This document shows, in pieces, positions 20,192-30,645 of a stretch of 64,000 bases of DNA (its first letter is position 1; every line of letters starts with the position of its first letter). This stretch comes from an uncultured delta proteobacterium (lineage in GTDB: Bacteria; Myxococcota_A; Polyangia; Haliangiales; Haliangiaceae), in the NCBI GenBank assembly GCA_963848295.1, contig CAWKDB010000002.1, forward strand, positions 128,001-192,000, read 5' to 3'. Made by a program: the position numbers and the translations under genes. Below the pieces are notes generated by a model. The model had not been told where the DNA came from. It saw only the letters and a list, made by a program, of their open reading frames with translations, and did no database searches.

Positions 20192-21988
20192 ATGACCGCG
20201 GTCGTGACCGTCAAGGACGTCCATAAGAGGTTCGGCAATCGCCGAGTTCTCGTAGGAGCGTCATTTGCCGTTCACGAGCGCGATCGGATCGGCCTGATCG
20301 GCGCAAACGGCAGCGGCAAGTCCACGCTGCTCAAGATGATGGTGGAGCCGAGCGCGCTGGCTCCCGACGAGGGCGAGATCACCTGGCGCAGAGGGCTCAA
20401 GCTCGAATACGTCGCGCAGGAGCCGACGTTGCCGGGCATTACCGTCGGCGACGCACTGGTTCGACCGGAGCTCGCGGACCATATCGTCGCGACGGTCGCG
20501 GCGGCGCTACGCCTCGCACCGAACCACGCGGTGGTCGCGACGCTGTCGATCGGCGAACGACGGCGGGTCGCGCTCGCTCGCGCGCTGCTCGGTAACCCGG
20601 ACGTGCTCGCGCTCGACGAACCGACGAACCATCTCGACGCGCAGACGATCGAATGGCTCGAGGCTCGGCTCGCGGCGTGGCGCGGCGCGCTGGTCGTCGT
20701 CACGCACGATCGCTACTTCCTCGATCGGGTCGCGACCCGGATCGTCGAGATCGATCGCGGTAAGGCATACGCGTACGAAGGCGACTACGAAGCGTTCCTC
20801 GAAGCGCAGGCCGCGCGGCTCGCGATCGAGAGCGAAGGCGAGCGCCAGCGCAGCACGTTCGTGCGGCGCGAGCTCGATTGGATCCGGCGCGGACCGAAAG
20901 CGCGCACGACCAAAGCGAAGGCGCGGATCGACCGCTTCGATCGCGCGGTCGCGGCGGCGCCGGCGCAAGACGACCGGTTGCAAGCCGACCTCGTGTTGCG
21001 GTTGCCGACCGGGCCGCGGCTCGGCAGCACGATCGTCGAGCTCCGCAAGGTCGGCCGCACGCTCGGCGGCAAGCGGCTGTTCAGCGGGCTCGATCTGATG
21101 ATGAAGCCGGGCGACCGGATCGGCATCGTGGGCCCGAACGGCGCGGGCAAGACGACGTTGATCCGCACGATCCTGGGCATCGACCCACCGGATAGCGGCG
21201 AGGCGATCATCGGCGCGAATACGCGGCCGGCGTACTTCGAGCAAGGGCGCAGCGAGCTGCGCGACGAGCTCACCGTGCTCGAAGAAGTCGGCGACGGCTA
21301 CGACTTTGTCGAGCTCCCCGACGGCAAGGTCCACGTCCGCGGGTTCTTGCGCATGCTGTCGATTCCGGACAACGTCGCCGACACCAAGATCGGCCAGCTG
21401 TCGGGAGGCGAGCGCAATCGCGTCCAGCTCGCGCGGCTGTTGCGGCGCGGCGGCAACCTCTTGGTGCTCGACGAGCCGACCAACGATCTCGATCTGCCGA
21501 CGCTCGCCGCGCTCGAAGACGGGCTCGCGAGCTTCCCGGGCTGCGCGCTGATCGTGTCGCACGATCGCTGGTTCCTCGATCGCGTCGCGACCGCGATCCT
21601 CGCGTTCGAGGGCGACGGCCAGGTCACGCTCTACGAAGGCAGCTATTCGTTCTATGCCGAGCGCCGCGCGCTTAGCCCGAGCCCGAGCCCGAGCCCGAGC
21701 GGCGACAAGCCCGCGTCGCGCGACACCCGCCAGAAGCCGGTCGGCCGGCGCAAGCTCACGTTCAAAGAGCAGCAAGACCTCGCGGCGATCGAGCAGACGA
21801 TCGGCAGCGCCGAGGCCGCGGTCGCCGAGCTCGAAGCAAAGCTCTCGGATCCCGCGGTCTTCAAGGACCGCGCGACCGACGTGCCGGCGCTGATCGCGAA
21901 GCTCGACCTCGCGCGCGCCGACGTCGAACGGCTGTACGCGCGCTGGCAAGAGCTCGATGCGATCGCGCAAGCGAGCAGTCCGCGCTAA
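20192..21988 (+). CDS. ABC-F family ATPase (Uup-like)
   Basis: Two ABC domains (GANGSGKS, GPNGAGKT, LDEPTN twice), no TM helices, C-terminal coiled coil RKLTFKEQ...YARWQEL. Confidence 0.9.
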   Translation: MTAVVTVKDVHKRFGNRRVLVGASFAVHERDRIGLIGANGSGKSTLLKMMVEPSALAPDEGEITWRRGLKLEYVAQEPTLPGITVGDALVRPELADHIVATVAAALRLAPNHAVVATLSIGERRRVALARALLGNPDVLALDEPTNHLDAQTIEWLEARLAAWRGALVVVTHDRYFLDRVATRIVEIDRGKAYAYEGDYEAFLEAQAARLAIESEGERQRSTFVRRELDWIRRGPKARTTKAKARIDRFDRAVAAAPAQDDRLQADLVLRLPTGPRLGSTIVELRKVGRTLGGKRLFSGLDLMMKPGDRIGIVGPNGAGKTTLIRTILGIDPPDSGEAIIGANTRPAYFEQGRSELRDELTVLEEVGDGYDFVELPDGKVHVRGFLRMLSIPDNVADTKIGQLSGGERNRVQLARLLRRGGNLLVLDEPTNDLDLPTLAALEDGLASFPGCALIVSHDRWFLDRVATAILAFEGDGQVTLYEGSYSFYAERRALSPSPSPSPSGDKPASRDTRQKPVGRRKLTFKEQQDLAAIEQTIGSAEAAVAELEAKLSDPAVFKDRATDVPALIAKLDLARADVERLYARWQELDAIAQASSPR

Positions 21989-22088
21989 TAGCGGTACGGC
22001 TTCGCCGCCATTTTGCCGTGCACCAACCCCTTCCGCTTATCCCGACCGTTTGCGCTTCGCGCTACGGTCTCCTAACCTAGCCCCGCAG

Positions 22089-23528
22089 ATGTTCGCGACC
22101 ACGTTCCTCGGTCACCAGGGTTGGGCGTTTCGCACCGAGCGCGCGACCGTGCTGATCGATCCGCTGTTGCGCGAGGACTTCGGCGAGATCCACGCGCTCG
22201 GCTACCGCGTGTGGCCGCCGCGCGAGCTCGATCTCGCCAAGCTCGGCCCGGTCGACGCGATCGTGCTCAGCCACGAGCACGACGACCACTTCGACATCCC
22301 TTCGCTCGCGCAGCTCGATCGCAAGATCCCGATCTACCTGTCGGCGCGCTCGTCGACCGCGGCGCCGGCGATCCTGCGGACGATGGGCTTCGAGGTCCGG
22401 CCGCTCGTGCCCGGGATCGCGCACGCGATCGGCGACCTCGAGATCACGCCGTTCACCGGCGATCACGTCGGCACGAACTGCGGCGACGAATGGGACACCC
22501 TGCCCTACCTCGTCCGCCACACCGGCGGTCACGGCAGCTTCTTCACGATGGTCGACATCCCGATCACCGAGCGCCACGTGCAGTGGGCGGCGGCGAAGGC
22601 GGCGCGGCCGGGCCTCGTCGGGTGGACGAACAACGCGATCGACTGGGCGCACATGGCGCACTACCTCGCGGGCCGCGAAGAGGGCACGCAGCAGACGTTC
22701 ATCAAGATGGGCATGGGCCACAAGATGATCGAGCAGCACTGGGGCACGCCGGCCGCGATGATGATGTGCGCCGGCGGGTTCTCGTTCGTCGGCGATCGCG
22801 AGTGGCTCAATCGCCGCGTGTTCTGCGTCGACAACGACGCGGTGTGCACCGCGATGACGAAGGTCTATCGCAAGGAGAAGTTCGTCACCGCGACGCCGGG
22901 CCAGACGTTCAACCTCGTCGCGAACAAGCTCAAGTCGATCGACGCGACCGCGCCGTTCCTCGGCACCGCGCCGCGCGAGACCTGGCCGACCCGCGGGTGG
23001 AGCGCGACCGGCGACGTGCCCGACTACGCGCCCGCGACCGGCCGGCGCGAATTCACCGATCGCGAGCTCGCGGAGCTGACCGGCGATCTCGAAGGGGTCG
23101 CGGCGGCGTGGTTCGGCGGCAAGCTGTTCGCAAGCCTGTCCTCGCTGCTCGACTCCGAGGTCGCCGACCGCAAGCGCGCGTTCGCGTTCTCGCTGCGCCG
23201 CGACCCGGGCGAGACCATCGTGCTCGAGTACGCACCGACCGCGTGCAGGTTCGCGCGCAGCTCCGACCCGCCCGAGCGCTATCTCGGTGGGCTCGAGTGC
23301 TGGGCGAGCGACTTCGCGGCCGTCGCCGCGGGCGAGCTCGGTCCGATCGCGCTCAGCTTCGGTCGCGCGCGGGTGTGGAACGCGCTCTCGGAGCGGTTCC
23401 AGTTCGATCCGTTCGCCGAGCTGTATCGCGTCAGTCACCCGCTGCGCCGGCCGGCCGAGACCTTGCGCAACTACGAGAAGATCTGGCAGTCGGTCGCGAG
23501 CACGCAGCCGGTGGTTCCCGCGCGCTGA
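22089..23528 (+). CDS. Metallo-beta-lactamase-fold protein
   Basis: FLGHQGW, LIDP, LSHEHDDHFD motif. Confidence 0.75.
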   Translation: MFATTFLGHQGWAFRTERATVLIDPLLREDFGEIHALGYRVWPPRELDLAKLGPVDAIVLSHEHDDHFDIPSLAQLDRKIPIYLSARSSTAAPAILRTMGFEVRPLVPGIAHAIGDLEITPFTGDHVGTNCGDEWDTLPYLVRHTGGHGSFFTMVDIPITERHVQWAAAKAARPGLVGWTNNAIDWAHMAHYLAGREEGTQQTFIKMGMGHKMIEQHWGTPAAMMMCAGGFSFVGDREWLNRRVFCVDNDAVCTAMTKVYRKEKFVTATPGQTFNLVANKLKSIDATAPFLGTAPRETWPTRGWSATGDVPDYAPATGRREFTDRELAELTGDLEGVAAAWFGGKLFASLSSLLDSEVADRKRAFAFSLRRDPGETIVLEYAPTACRFARSSDPPERYLGGLECWASDFAAVAAGELGPIALSFGRARVWNALSERFQFDPFAELYRVSHPLRRPAETLRNYEKIWQSVASTQPVVPAR

Positions 23529-24710
23529 TCAGTTCCCGACGTACGCCCACCACTCGGACACGCCTTGGCCGGCGACGGTGGACTCGATCAGCAGCGAGCT
23601 CCCGTTGCCGCCGATCTGTCCGTTGGCGACCCGCTCGATCGTCAGGTGCAGCGTCGTCCCGTTCGAGCCGTCGGTGCGGTCCCACGTCAGCTCGAGCTCG
23701 GGTGGCAACCCGAAGATCGCGTGGTCGGCATCGGTCGCGCGAACGTTCCACAGGTCGGTCGGCTGATCGCTGAACAGCACGACGTCGATCGTCTTGGACA
23801 TGCCGTACGGGACCTGTACTCCTTCGGTCGTGATCCCGCCGGTCGCGCTATCGAACGGCAGCAGGTCCGGTAGCACCGGCTCGGCGCCGTGATAGGCGCC
23901 GGCGGGCGCCGGTACGCACGGATCGCCGTTGGTCCCGGCCGCGACGTTCGACCACGTGCGCTGGACCAGGTAGTTGCCGACGAGCCGCTGGGCGGCGTTG
24001 CCGAGGTATTCGCACATGTCGCCGAGCTCGCCGCCCGGCATCTCGCCCCAGATCGCGTGAAATGGATCGGGGAGCACGTAGGCAGGATTCGATGCGACAT
24101 GCGGATCGGTCGAGGCTTCGAGCAGCTCGTGGCTGAGCGCCAAGGTGGCCGTGTCGAGCGTGTCGTCGCAGCGCGGGATCAGCGCGTAGACCACGAGCTG
24201 TTGGGTCTCGTCGTGATAGCCGCCGAACGCCTGGCAGCTGTTGCCGAACGGCGTCGATAGCATCGCGCCGTGCGGCAGGAACACCGTGTAGATCGTGTTC
24301 GGCGTGTCGAGCGGCCACGCGCCACCGGCCTGCGAGTTCGCATCGACGTAGGCCTGGAGCTCGGCGTCGGTCGTCGGCACCGTGTCGGTGGTGACGATCG
24401 GGGTCGCGAACGTGATGCCGGAGATCCCGTACTCGGACGTGATCGCGGTCCAATAGGCCGAGCCCGGCAAAGCCGCGAAGAACCCCTCGAGCGCGGTCTG
24501 CATCGTGTCGTCGCCGGTGAAGAAGATCGGCACGACGACCGGCGCGGCCAGCACCACGCCGCCCGCGCGCGGCAACACGACCGGTTGCGGCCCGTGCGGC
24601 GCCGTGAAGCCGGCGTCGCTCGACGAATCGAAGTATTGCGCGTCGGGGAGCCCCGAGCCGCCACCACACCCGATGCCGACGATGATCCCCAACCCCGCGG
24701 CGAGCTTCAT
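23529..24710 (-). CDS. Secreted lipoprotein, paralogue 1 of 3 (PHI-1/EXORDIUM-like motifs)
   Basis: Lipobox GIGC; GGYHDE, SHELLEASTDP, GELGDMC, LVQRTWSN. Confidence 0.75.
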   Translation of the reverse strand: MKLAAGLGIIVGIGCGGGSGLPDAQYFDSSSDAGFTAPHGPQPVVLPRAGGVVLAAPVVVPIFFTGDDTMQTALEGFFAALPGSAYWTAITSEYGISGITFATPIVTTDTVPTTDAELQAYVDANSQAGGAWPLDTPNTIYTVFLPHGAMLSTPFGNSCQAFGGYHDETQQLVVYALIPRCDDTLDTATLALSHELLEASTDPHVASNPAYVLPDPFHAIWGEMPGGELGDMCEYLGNAAQRLVGNYLVQRTWSNVAAGTNGDPCVPAPAGAYHGAEPVLPDLLPFDSATGGITTEGVQVPYGMSKTIDVVLFSDQPTDLWNVRATDADHAIFGLPPELELTWDRTDGSNGTTLHLTIERVANGQIGGNGSSLLIESTVAGQGVSEWWAYVGN

Positions 24711-24735
24711 CGCACGAGCGTACACCCGCGGCGCG

Positions 24736-25926
24736 TCAGTTCCCAATCCAACCCCACCACTCGCTGACCGACTCGCCGCCGACGAACGACTCGATCAACA
24801 AGACGCTGCCGCCGTTCGCGCCCGACGCCACGCGGTAGATCGTCAGATCGAGCTTCGAGCCGTTGTTGCCGGTCGGCTGATCGAACGCGAGCTGCAGCTC
24901 GCTCTGGGTGTGGAACAGGTCGTGGTCGGCGTCGTAGGCCTCGACCTGCCAGTCGGTCGTCGGCTCGTCGCTGAACAAGTCGACCTCGACCTGGACCGTC
25001 GTGCCGGTCGCGACGCTGACCCCCGGCGTCGTGATGGCGTTGCCCTCGGCGTCGATGAACGGCAACTGATCGCTGAACACCGGCTCGGCCGCGACGTAGG
25101 GCATCGCCAGCGCGGGCACGCATGGATCGTGCGAGGTCAACGCCGCCGCGTTCGACCACGTGCGCTGCACGTAGTAGTCGGTCTGGTCGAGCTGCGTGAA
25201 CGCATCTTGGACGTACTCGCACATGTCGCCGAGCTCGCCACCGGGCGAGACCCCCCACACCGCGTGCGCGGCGTCGGTGTTCTGATAGGCCGGGTTGCTG
25301 AACGGGAATGGATCGCTCGAGGCTTCGACCAGCTCGTGACTCGTCACGATCGTGAGCGAGGGCAAGTCGCCGCTGCACCGGGGCAGCAGCGCATAGACCA
25401 CGCCGCCCGGCGTCTCGTCGTGATAGCCGCCGAAGTCGAAGCAGCTCGTCCCGAACGGCGTCGTCTCGGTGATGCCATCGGGCAAGAACACCGCGTAGAT
25501 CGTGTTCGGCGTGGTCGCGGGCCAGCCGTGAACGCCGGCGCTATTCGTCGTGATCAGCGCTTGCAGATCGGCATCGCTCGTCGGCGGCGGATCGGTGTCG
25601 ACGACGGTCGGCGCGATCGCGATGTCGCCGATGCCGTACTCCGCGGTCGTCGCGTGCCAATACGACGAGCCCGGCAGCGCCGCGAGGTAGCCCTCGACCT
25701 GCGATTGCATCATCGAGTCGCCGGCGAAGAACACCGGCACGACGAGCGGTGCGGAGAGCACCGGCCCGGCGAGCGGGACGACCTGCGGTTGCGCCCCGTG
25801 CGGCGCGGTCACGAACGGCGCGGCATCGACGCTCGCATCGACGACCGCGGCATCCGGGCCGGTCGACTCGCCGAACGAGAAGCAGCCGCCGAAGGCGAGG
25901 ATCGCCAGCCCCGAGGCGGATCGCAA
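24736..25926 (-). CDS. Secreted lipoprotein, paralogue 2 of 3 (start uncertain, abuts a repeat element)
   Basis: FGGC lipobox-like; same motifs SHELVEASSDP, GELGDMC, VQRTWSN. Confidence 0.72.
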   Translation of the reverse strand: MRSASGLAILAFGGCFSFGESTGPDAAVVDASVDAAPFVTAPHGAQPQVVPLAGPVLSAPLVVPVFFAGDSMMQSQVEGYLAALPGSSYWHATTAEYGIGDIAIAPTVVDTDPPPTSDADLQALITTNSAGVHGWPATTPNTIYAVFLPDGITETTPFGTSCFDFGGYHDETPGGVVYALLPRCSGDLPSLTIVTSHELVEASSDPFPFSNPAYQNTDAAHAVWGVSPGGELGDMCEYVQDAFTQLDQTDYYVQRTWSNAAALTSHDPCVPALAMPYVAAEPVFSDQLPFIDAEGNAITTPGVSVATGTTVQVEVDLFSDEPTTDWQVEAYDADHDLFHTQSELQLAFDQPTGNNGSKLDLTIYRVASGANGGSVLLIESFVGGESVSEWWGWIGN

Positions 25927-25992
25927 GATCGGCTGTCCGTCGCGAAGCAAGGACGGCCGAGTCCTCGCGCCGAGGGGCCCCCGTTTACGGGG
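25927..25992 (+). repeat. Family A palindromic element, copy 2
   Basis: tcggctgtcc-gtcgcgaagcaa-ggacggccga-gtcctcgcgccgagg-ggccccCgtttacgggg. Confidence 0.8.
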
Positions 25993-26002
25993 CGCCGGCC
26001 AG

Positions 26003-27208
26003 CTACTGCGCGACATAGCCCCACCACTCCGAGACGGAGTGGCCATCGACCGTCGACTCGATCAGCACGATGCTGCCGCCGCCATCGCCGTTCGCGAGCC
26101 GACGGATCGTCAGCTCGAGCTTCGAGCCATTGTTGCCGGTGGTGTGATCCCACGTGAACGCGAGCTCGGGCTGACTCCCATAGAACTGGTTGTCGGCGTC
26201 GATCGCTTGCACCGTCCAGTCGGCGGTGGGGGTATCGGCAAACAAATCCACCTCGATCGTCGCGGACGAGCCGTTCGTGACCGTCACGCCCGGCGTCGTG
26301 ATGCTGTTGCCTTCGACATCCTCGAACGGCAGCTGCTCGGTCAGCACCGGCTCTGCGCCGAGGTACGGCGTGGCCGGCAGGTCGGGCACGCACGGGTCGT
26401 GTTGCGCGGCAGCCGCGGCGTTCGACCAGGTGCGCTGCACGAGGTAGTTGCCGACGAGGATCTGAAATGCCGAGTGGACGTACTCGCACATGTCGCCGAG
26501 CTCACCGCCCGGCGCGAGACCCCAGATCGCGTGCATCGCGTCGGTGGTCTGATAGGCCGGGTTGCTCGAGAACAGCGGATCGCTCGACGCTTCGATCAGC
26601 TCGTGCGACAGCGCCGGCGTGAGGCCCGACAGGACGCCGCTCGTGCAACGCGGCAGCAGCGCGTACACGATCGAGCCGGCTTGGGTCTCCGCGTGATAGC
26701 CGCCGAAGGAGTCGCAGCTCGTGCCGAACCCCGTCGATAAAGTCACACCGTCCGGCAAGAACACCGTGTAGATCGTGTTCGGCGTGTTCGCGGGCCAGCC
26801 GTGCGCGCCGTCGCTGTTCGTCGTGATGAACGTCTGCAGCGCTGCATCGGTCGTGGGCGGCGGATCGCTCGACACGATGCTCGGGGCGATCGCGATGTCG
26901 CCGATGCCGTACTCCGCGGTCGTCGCGTGCCAATACGTCGAGCCCGGCAGCGCCGCGAGGAAGCCCTCGACCTGGGCTTGCATCGCATCGTCGCCGGTGA
27001 AGAAGATCGGCACGACGAGCGGCGCGGTCAGCACCGGGCCGCCCAGCGTGACCGCTTGGGGCTGGGCTCCGTGCGGGGCGATCGCGAATGCGGCGTCGAC
27101 CGGCGTGGCATCGGGCAGCTCGGCGTCGGGTCCATGATCGTGCGAGCCACCGCCGCCGCAGGCACCAAACGCGAGCAGCCCGGCGAGCGCGAGCGACGGG
27201 TTCCACAT
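26003..27208 (-). CDS. Secreted lipoprotein, paralogue 3 of 3
   Basis: LAFGAC lipobox; SHELIEASSDP, GELGDMC, LVQRTWSN; closely similar to both neighbours. Confidence 0.75.
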   Translation of the reverse strand: MWNPSLALAGLLAFGACGGGGSHDHGPDAELPDATPVDAAFAIAPHGAQPQAVTLGGPVLTAPLVVPIFFTGDDAMQAQVEGFLAALPGSTYWHATTAEYGIGDIAIAPSIVSSDPPPTTDAALQTFITTNSDGAHGWPANTPNTIYTVFLPDGVTLSTGFGTSCDSFGGYHAETQAGSIVYALLPRCTSGVLSGLTPALSHELIEASSDPLFSSNPAYQTTDAMHAIWGLAPGGELGDMCEYVHSAFQILVGNYLVQRTWSNAAAAAQHDPCVPDLPATPYLGAEPVLTEQLPFEDVEGNSITTPGVTVTNGSSATIEVDLFADTPTADWTVQAIDADNQFYGSQPELAFTWDHTTGNNGSKLELTIRRLANGDGGGSIVLIESTVDGHSVSEWWGYVAQ

Positions 27209-27341
27209 GCGAGGATCAGACACCGCGACCTCGGCGGTGTCGAGGACGCCCCGGCCAACACCCTCTCACCGGGCGAGACTCGCGCCATTCACAGAGCCGC
27301 CCGGTGATCGCGTCGCGTCCGGCGAAGTAAGGGCGATGTCC

Positions 27342-28133
27342 TTACGGGCGCCTGCGACCCCAGGCGGCAATCATCGGCGCGGTCACGACCTCGACGCGTC
27401 CAGCCGCGACGTTCGCGACATGGCGATCGACCTGCTCGTCGGTGGCATGGCCCTTGGCGACGAGCGCTGAACGTAAGATCTCGATCGTCGCGAGCTCGAG
27501 AGTGGCGAGCTCCGGCATCGCGACCGGGAACTGCGCCTCGGCGCGAACGTCGACGAGTCCGGCGGCGCGCAGCCGGCGCGGCAACGTCCGGCCAAAGCCG
27601 AGGTCGGCACCGCGGTCCGCGAGCAGCGCGCGAAAGCCGGTGCGGATGTGGTTCGCGAGCGCGTGCTCGGGCGTGATCGCATCGAGATGCGCGAGCGGTT
27701 GTAGCGCTGGATCGGCGTCTTCGATCAGCAGCCAGCCGCCGGGGGCGAGCGTCGCGACCATCGCGCGCAGCGCGGCGTCACGATCGACGACGTGGACCAG
27801 GACGAGCCGCGCGTGGACGAGATCGAACTGCTCGGCAGGAGCCGGATCCGCCGCGACGTCGTGGCGGCGAACTTCGATCGGCGCCGAGGCCGCGGCGTCC
27901 ATCCACGCCGTGTCGAGATCGGTCGCGAGCACGCGCCCGGTCGAGCCGACCTGCGCGCCGAGCCAGCGCGGCACGTTGTCGCCGCCGGCGCCGACCTCCC
28001 ACACCCGCCAACCCGCCGCGATGCCGAGCGCGCCGATCCGGCGAAACGTAGCGGGATCGAACAATGCCGACATCGCCGCGAAGCGCCGCCCCGCTGCGGG
28101 TGCGCGGTTGTCGAGCAGGTACCCGGCGGTCAC
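27342..28133 (-). CDS. Class I SAM-dependent methyltransferase
   Basis: VWEVGAGG, FDLVHARLVLVHV, LAPGGWLLIED motifs. Confidence 0.85.
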   Translation of the reverse strand: MTAGYLLDNRAPAAGRRFAAMSALFDPATFRRIGALGIAAGWRVWEVGAGGDNVPRWLGAQVGSTGRVLATDLDTAWMDAAASAPIEVRRHDVAADPAPAEQFDLVHARLVLVHVVDRDAALRAMVATLAPGGWLLIEDADPALQPLAHLDAITPEHALANHIRTGFRALLADRGADLGFGRTLPRRLRAAGLVDVRAEAQFPVAMPELATLELATIEILRSALVAKGHATDEQVDRHVANVAAGRVEVVTAPMIAAWGRRRP

Positions 28134-28142
28134 CGCGCTAGG

Positions 28143-28769
28143 TTACTGCCAGTAGAAGTTCGCGGCGATGCCGGTCACGGTCGACAGATCGATGTTCTTG
28201 AACGAGTTCGTGAAGTTCAAGTTGCCGCCGATCGAGCCGGAGAACGAGAACCAGTCGGAGATGAAGCGCTCGACGCCGAAGTCGCCGCCGACCAGGACGT
28301 CGAGGTTGGTGCTCGCGCTGGTATCGGGCCATGCGAGGGCGACCCGTGGCTCGACATAGGCGTAGAACTTGCCCTTGTGCTTGTACAACCGATAGCCGGC
28401 GCCGACCTCGAAGCCGAACGTCGTCGTGGTCGTGGCTGGCGCGGTCATCGTCGCCGGGACCGACGCGTGGTTGAGGTCGAACCCGGCGATCACGTCGATC
28501 GCGCTGCTCGGATCGAGGAAGTACAACACGTCGAGCGTCGTCAGCCCCACGCTGTGCGCTGACACCGCGGCGTCGAGACCTTGCAGCACGCCGACGAGTG
28601 GCACCGAGATCCCGAGGGTGCCCTTATCGAACATGTTGTCGCCGCTCGGGCCCGCGGCCGCGGTCGCGGCGGGCGGTGGCATCGCGGTGCCGGCTTCGGG
28701 CTCGTCGGCGCGCGCGGCGCCGGCCGCAGCCGCTAACAGAGTGAACGCGAGTAGCGAGTTCTTGAACAT
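28143..28769 (-). CDS. Outer-membrane beta-barrel protein (small, OmpA-like fold probable)
   Basis: Signal peptide, alternating beta strands, aromatic C-terminus ANFYWQ; GGAG RBS upstream. Confidence 0.65.
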   Translation of the reverse strand: MFKNSLLAFTLLAAAAGAARADEPEAGTAMPPPAATAAAGPSGDNMFDKGTLGISVPLVGVLQGLDAAVSAHSVGLTTLDVLYFLDPSSAIDVIAGFDLNHASVPATMTAPATTTTTFGFEVGAGYRLYKHKGKFYAYVEPRVALAWPDTSASTNLDVLVGGDFGVERFISDWFSFSGSIGGNLNFTNSFKNIDLSTVTGIAANFYWQ

Positions 28770-28854
28770 GGACAGCTCCCCCTCCGAGGATGGTCTGGAG
28801 AGATTGGAGTCCACCTGGCCCCGCTGGCGCAAATTTTTGGCAAGCGCGGTGACG

Positions 28855-29685
28855 CTAATCGATCACGGGCGCGACCGTGGTCACCGCGGCGCCCCACCAC
28901 GTCGGGCCGTTGCTCGACACCAGCGTGCCGACGCCGGTCGTCGGATCGATCAGGATGAAGTCGCCGCCGTTCGTGAAGCCGTAGACCTTGTTCTTCCAGT
29001 ACGCGAGGCCCCAGATCTCGCCGTACCCGGTGTCGGTGCCGATCGTGGTCGCCGAGAACGAGACCGGCGCGAGGCGCGCGAGCTCGTCGTTCGAGCTGCC
29101 GGGGACGGTCTGCACCGTGCCGAAGCCATCGACCGCGACGAGATCGCCGCTCGACGCGAACGCGCTGCCCATATTGCCGACTTGAGTCGACACGCCGGTC
29201 ATCGGATCGATGCGGAACACGATCCCGTCGGCATTGCGGGTCGCGATCAACACGTCGTCGCCGGTCTCGCCGAGCATCGCCGCGGGCACGAACGACAAGC
29301 CGTTGTACGTGCCGTCGAGGCTGTCCGACAACAACGTCGTCTGCGCGGTGTCGGGATCGATCTTGTAGACCGCGGTGAACGACACGCCGATCATGTTGCC
29401 GTTCTTGTCGATCGCGATGTCGGTCATCTGATCGGGCAGGAGCGCGATCGGCCAGCCGAACGCGCCGACCTCGGTGATGGCGAGCGAGTCGGGGTCGATG
29501 CGATACAACGTCGAGTCGGTGTGCGCGTAGACGTAGGTCTGGCCCGAGTTGTCGGCATCGCCAGCTCCGGGGTTGGCGTCGGGACCTTCGCCGCCGCCAC
29601 CTCCTCCGCCACCGCCGCCACCCGGGCGCGAGCTCGGTCCACATGCGGTGACGGCGAGCACGAGCAAGGCGATCGCGGGCTTCAT
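28855..29685 (-). CDS. Lipoprotein, probable beta-propeller
   Basis: LAVTAC lipobox, poly-Gly linker, repeated YRIDP/FRIDP/ILIDP blades. Confidence 0.7.
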   Translation of the reverse strand: MKPAIALLVLAVTACGPSSRPGGGGGGGGGGGEGPDANPGAGDADNSGQTYVYAHTDSTLYRIDPDSLAITEVGAFGWPIALLPDQMTDIAIDKNGNMIGVSFTAVYKIDPDTAQTTLLSDSLDGTYNGLSFVPAAMLGETGDDVLIATRNADGIVFRIDPMTGVSTQVGNMGSAFASSGDLVAVDGFGTVQTVPGSSNDELARLAPVSFSATTIGTDTGYGEIWGLAYWKNKVYGFTNGGDFILIDPTTGVGTLVSSNGPTWWGAAVTTVAPVID

Positions 29686-29751
29686 CGCGGCGGACGATAC
29701 TCCGCGGCGATCGCGATGAGAAGCGCTCAGTTCACGCGGCCGTGGGCCTCG

Positions 29752-30645
29752 TTACGGCGTGTACATCTCGCCGAGCGAGTCGCTCGCCGCCGCGAGCCCG
29801 GCGCGCCGCACGATCGAGGCGATCGGCATCGTCGACGACAACTGCAGCGAGACGATCGCATCGCGCGACACCGCGATCACGCCGGCGCTGCCGCCGGTCG
29901 TGCGCTGCAGGTCGCCGAGCGCATCGGTGACGGCGGGGCGGAGCGCCACACCGTCGGCGACTCGGGCCGCGATGCCGCGTGCGAGCGCGACGCGGAGCAC
30001 CGCTTCGCCATCGCCCGTCGCCGAGATCGCGGCGTAGTGGTCCGCCCACGTCCCTGCGCCAGCGATCGGCGAGTCGCCGATCCGGCCCGCGCGTTTGCCG
30101 GCGATGCCACCGGTCGAGGTCGCGGCGGCGAGCCGACCCTCGCGATCGCGCGCGACCGCGCCGACGGTGCCGCCGGACTTGGCGCTCGCGCCGGCGAGCA
30201 CGTCGCGCAGCCGAGCCCGCGCGCGCTCGGTCACCAGCGAGCCCGGCGCCGCGGGCTCGATCCCGACCTCGGCGGCGAATCGCCACGCAGCTGGGCCCGC
30301 GAGCAGGACGTGCTCGCCGGCGTCGAGCACCGCGCGCGCGAGCGCGATCGCGCGGCCGAGATCCGGTACCGCGCCGACCGCGCCGATGCGTTGATCGTGG
30401 CCGTCCATCACCGCGGCATCGGTCTCGACCGTCCCGTCGCGAGTCAAGGCCGCACCGATCCCGGCGTTGTACTCCGGGTCATCTTCGAGCACGCGCACCG
30501 CGGCGACGACCGCATCGAGCGCCGAGCCGCCGGCGGCGAGGATCGCATCGCCCGCTGCGGCGGCTGCTCGCACGCCGGCGCGCAAGCGATCGTGGCGATC
30601 GGGGGCGACGTCGCCGGCTCCGCCGTGGACGACGATCGCGGTCAT
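29752..30645 (-). CDS. iaaA: Isoaspartyl peptidase/L-asparaginase (Ntn hydrolase)
   Basis: IVVHGGAG, GTVGAVA, ATSTGG, GRIGDSP, SATGDGE motifs. Confidence 0.88.
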   Translation of the reverse strand: MTAIVVHGGAGDVAPDRHDRLRAGVRAAAAAGDAILAAGGSALDAVVAAVRVLEDDPEYNAGIGAALTRDGTVETDAAVMDGHDQRIGAVGAVPDLGRAIALARAVLDAGEHVLLAGPAAWRFAAEVGIEPAAPGSLVTERARARLRDVLAGASAKSGGTVGAVARDREGRLAAATSTGGIAGKRAGRIGDSPIAGAGTWADHYAAISATGDGEAVLRVALARGIAARVADGVALRPAVTDALGDLQRTTGGSAGVIAVSRDAIVSLQLSSTMPIASIVRRAGLAAASDSLGEMYTP

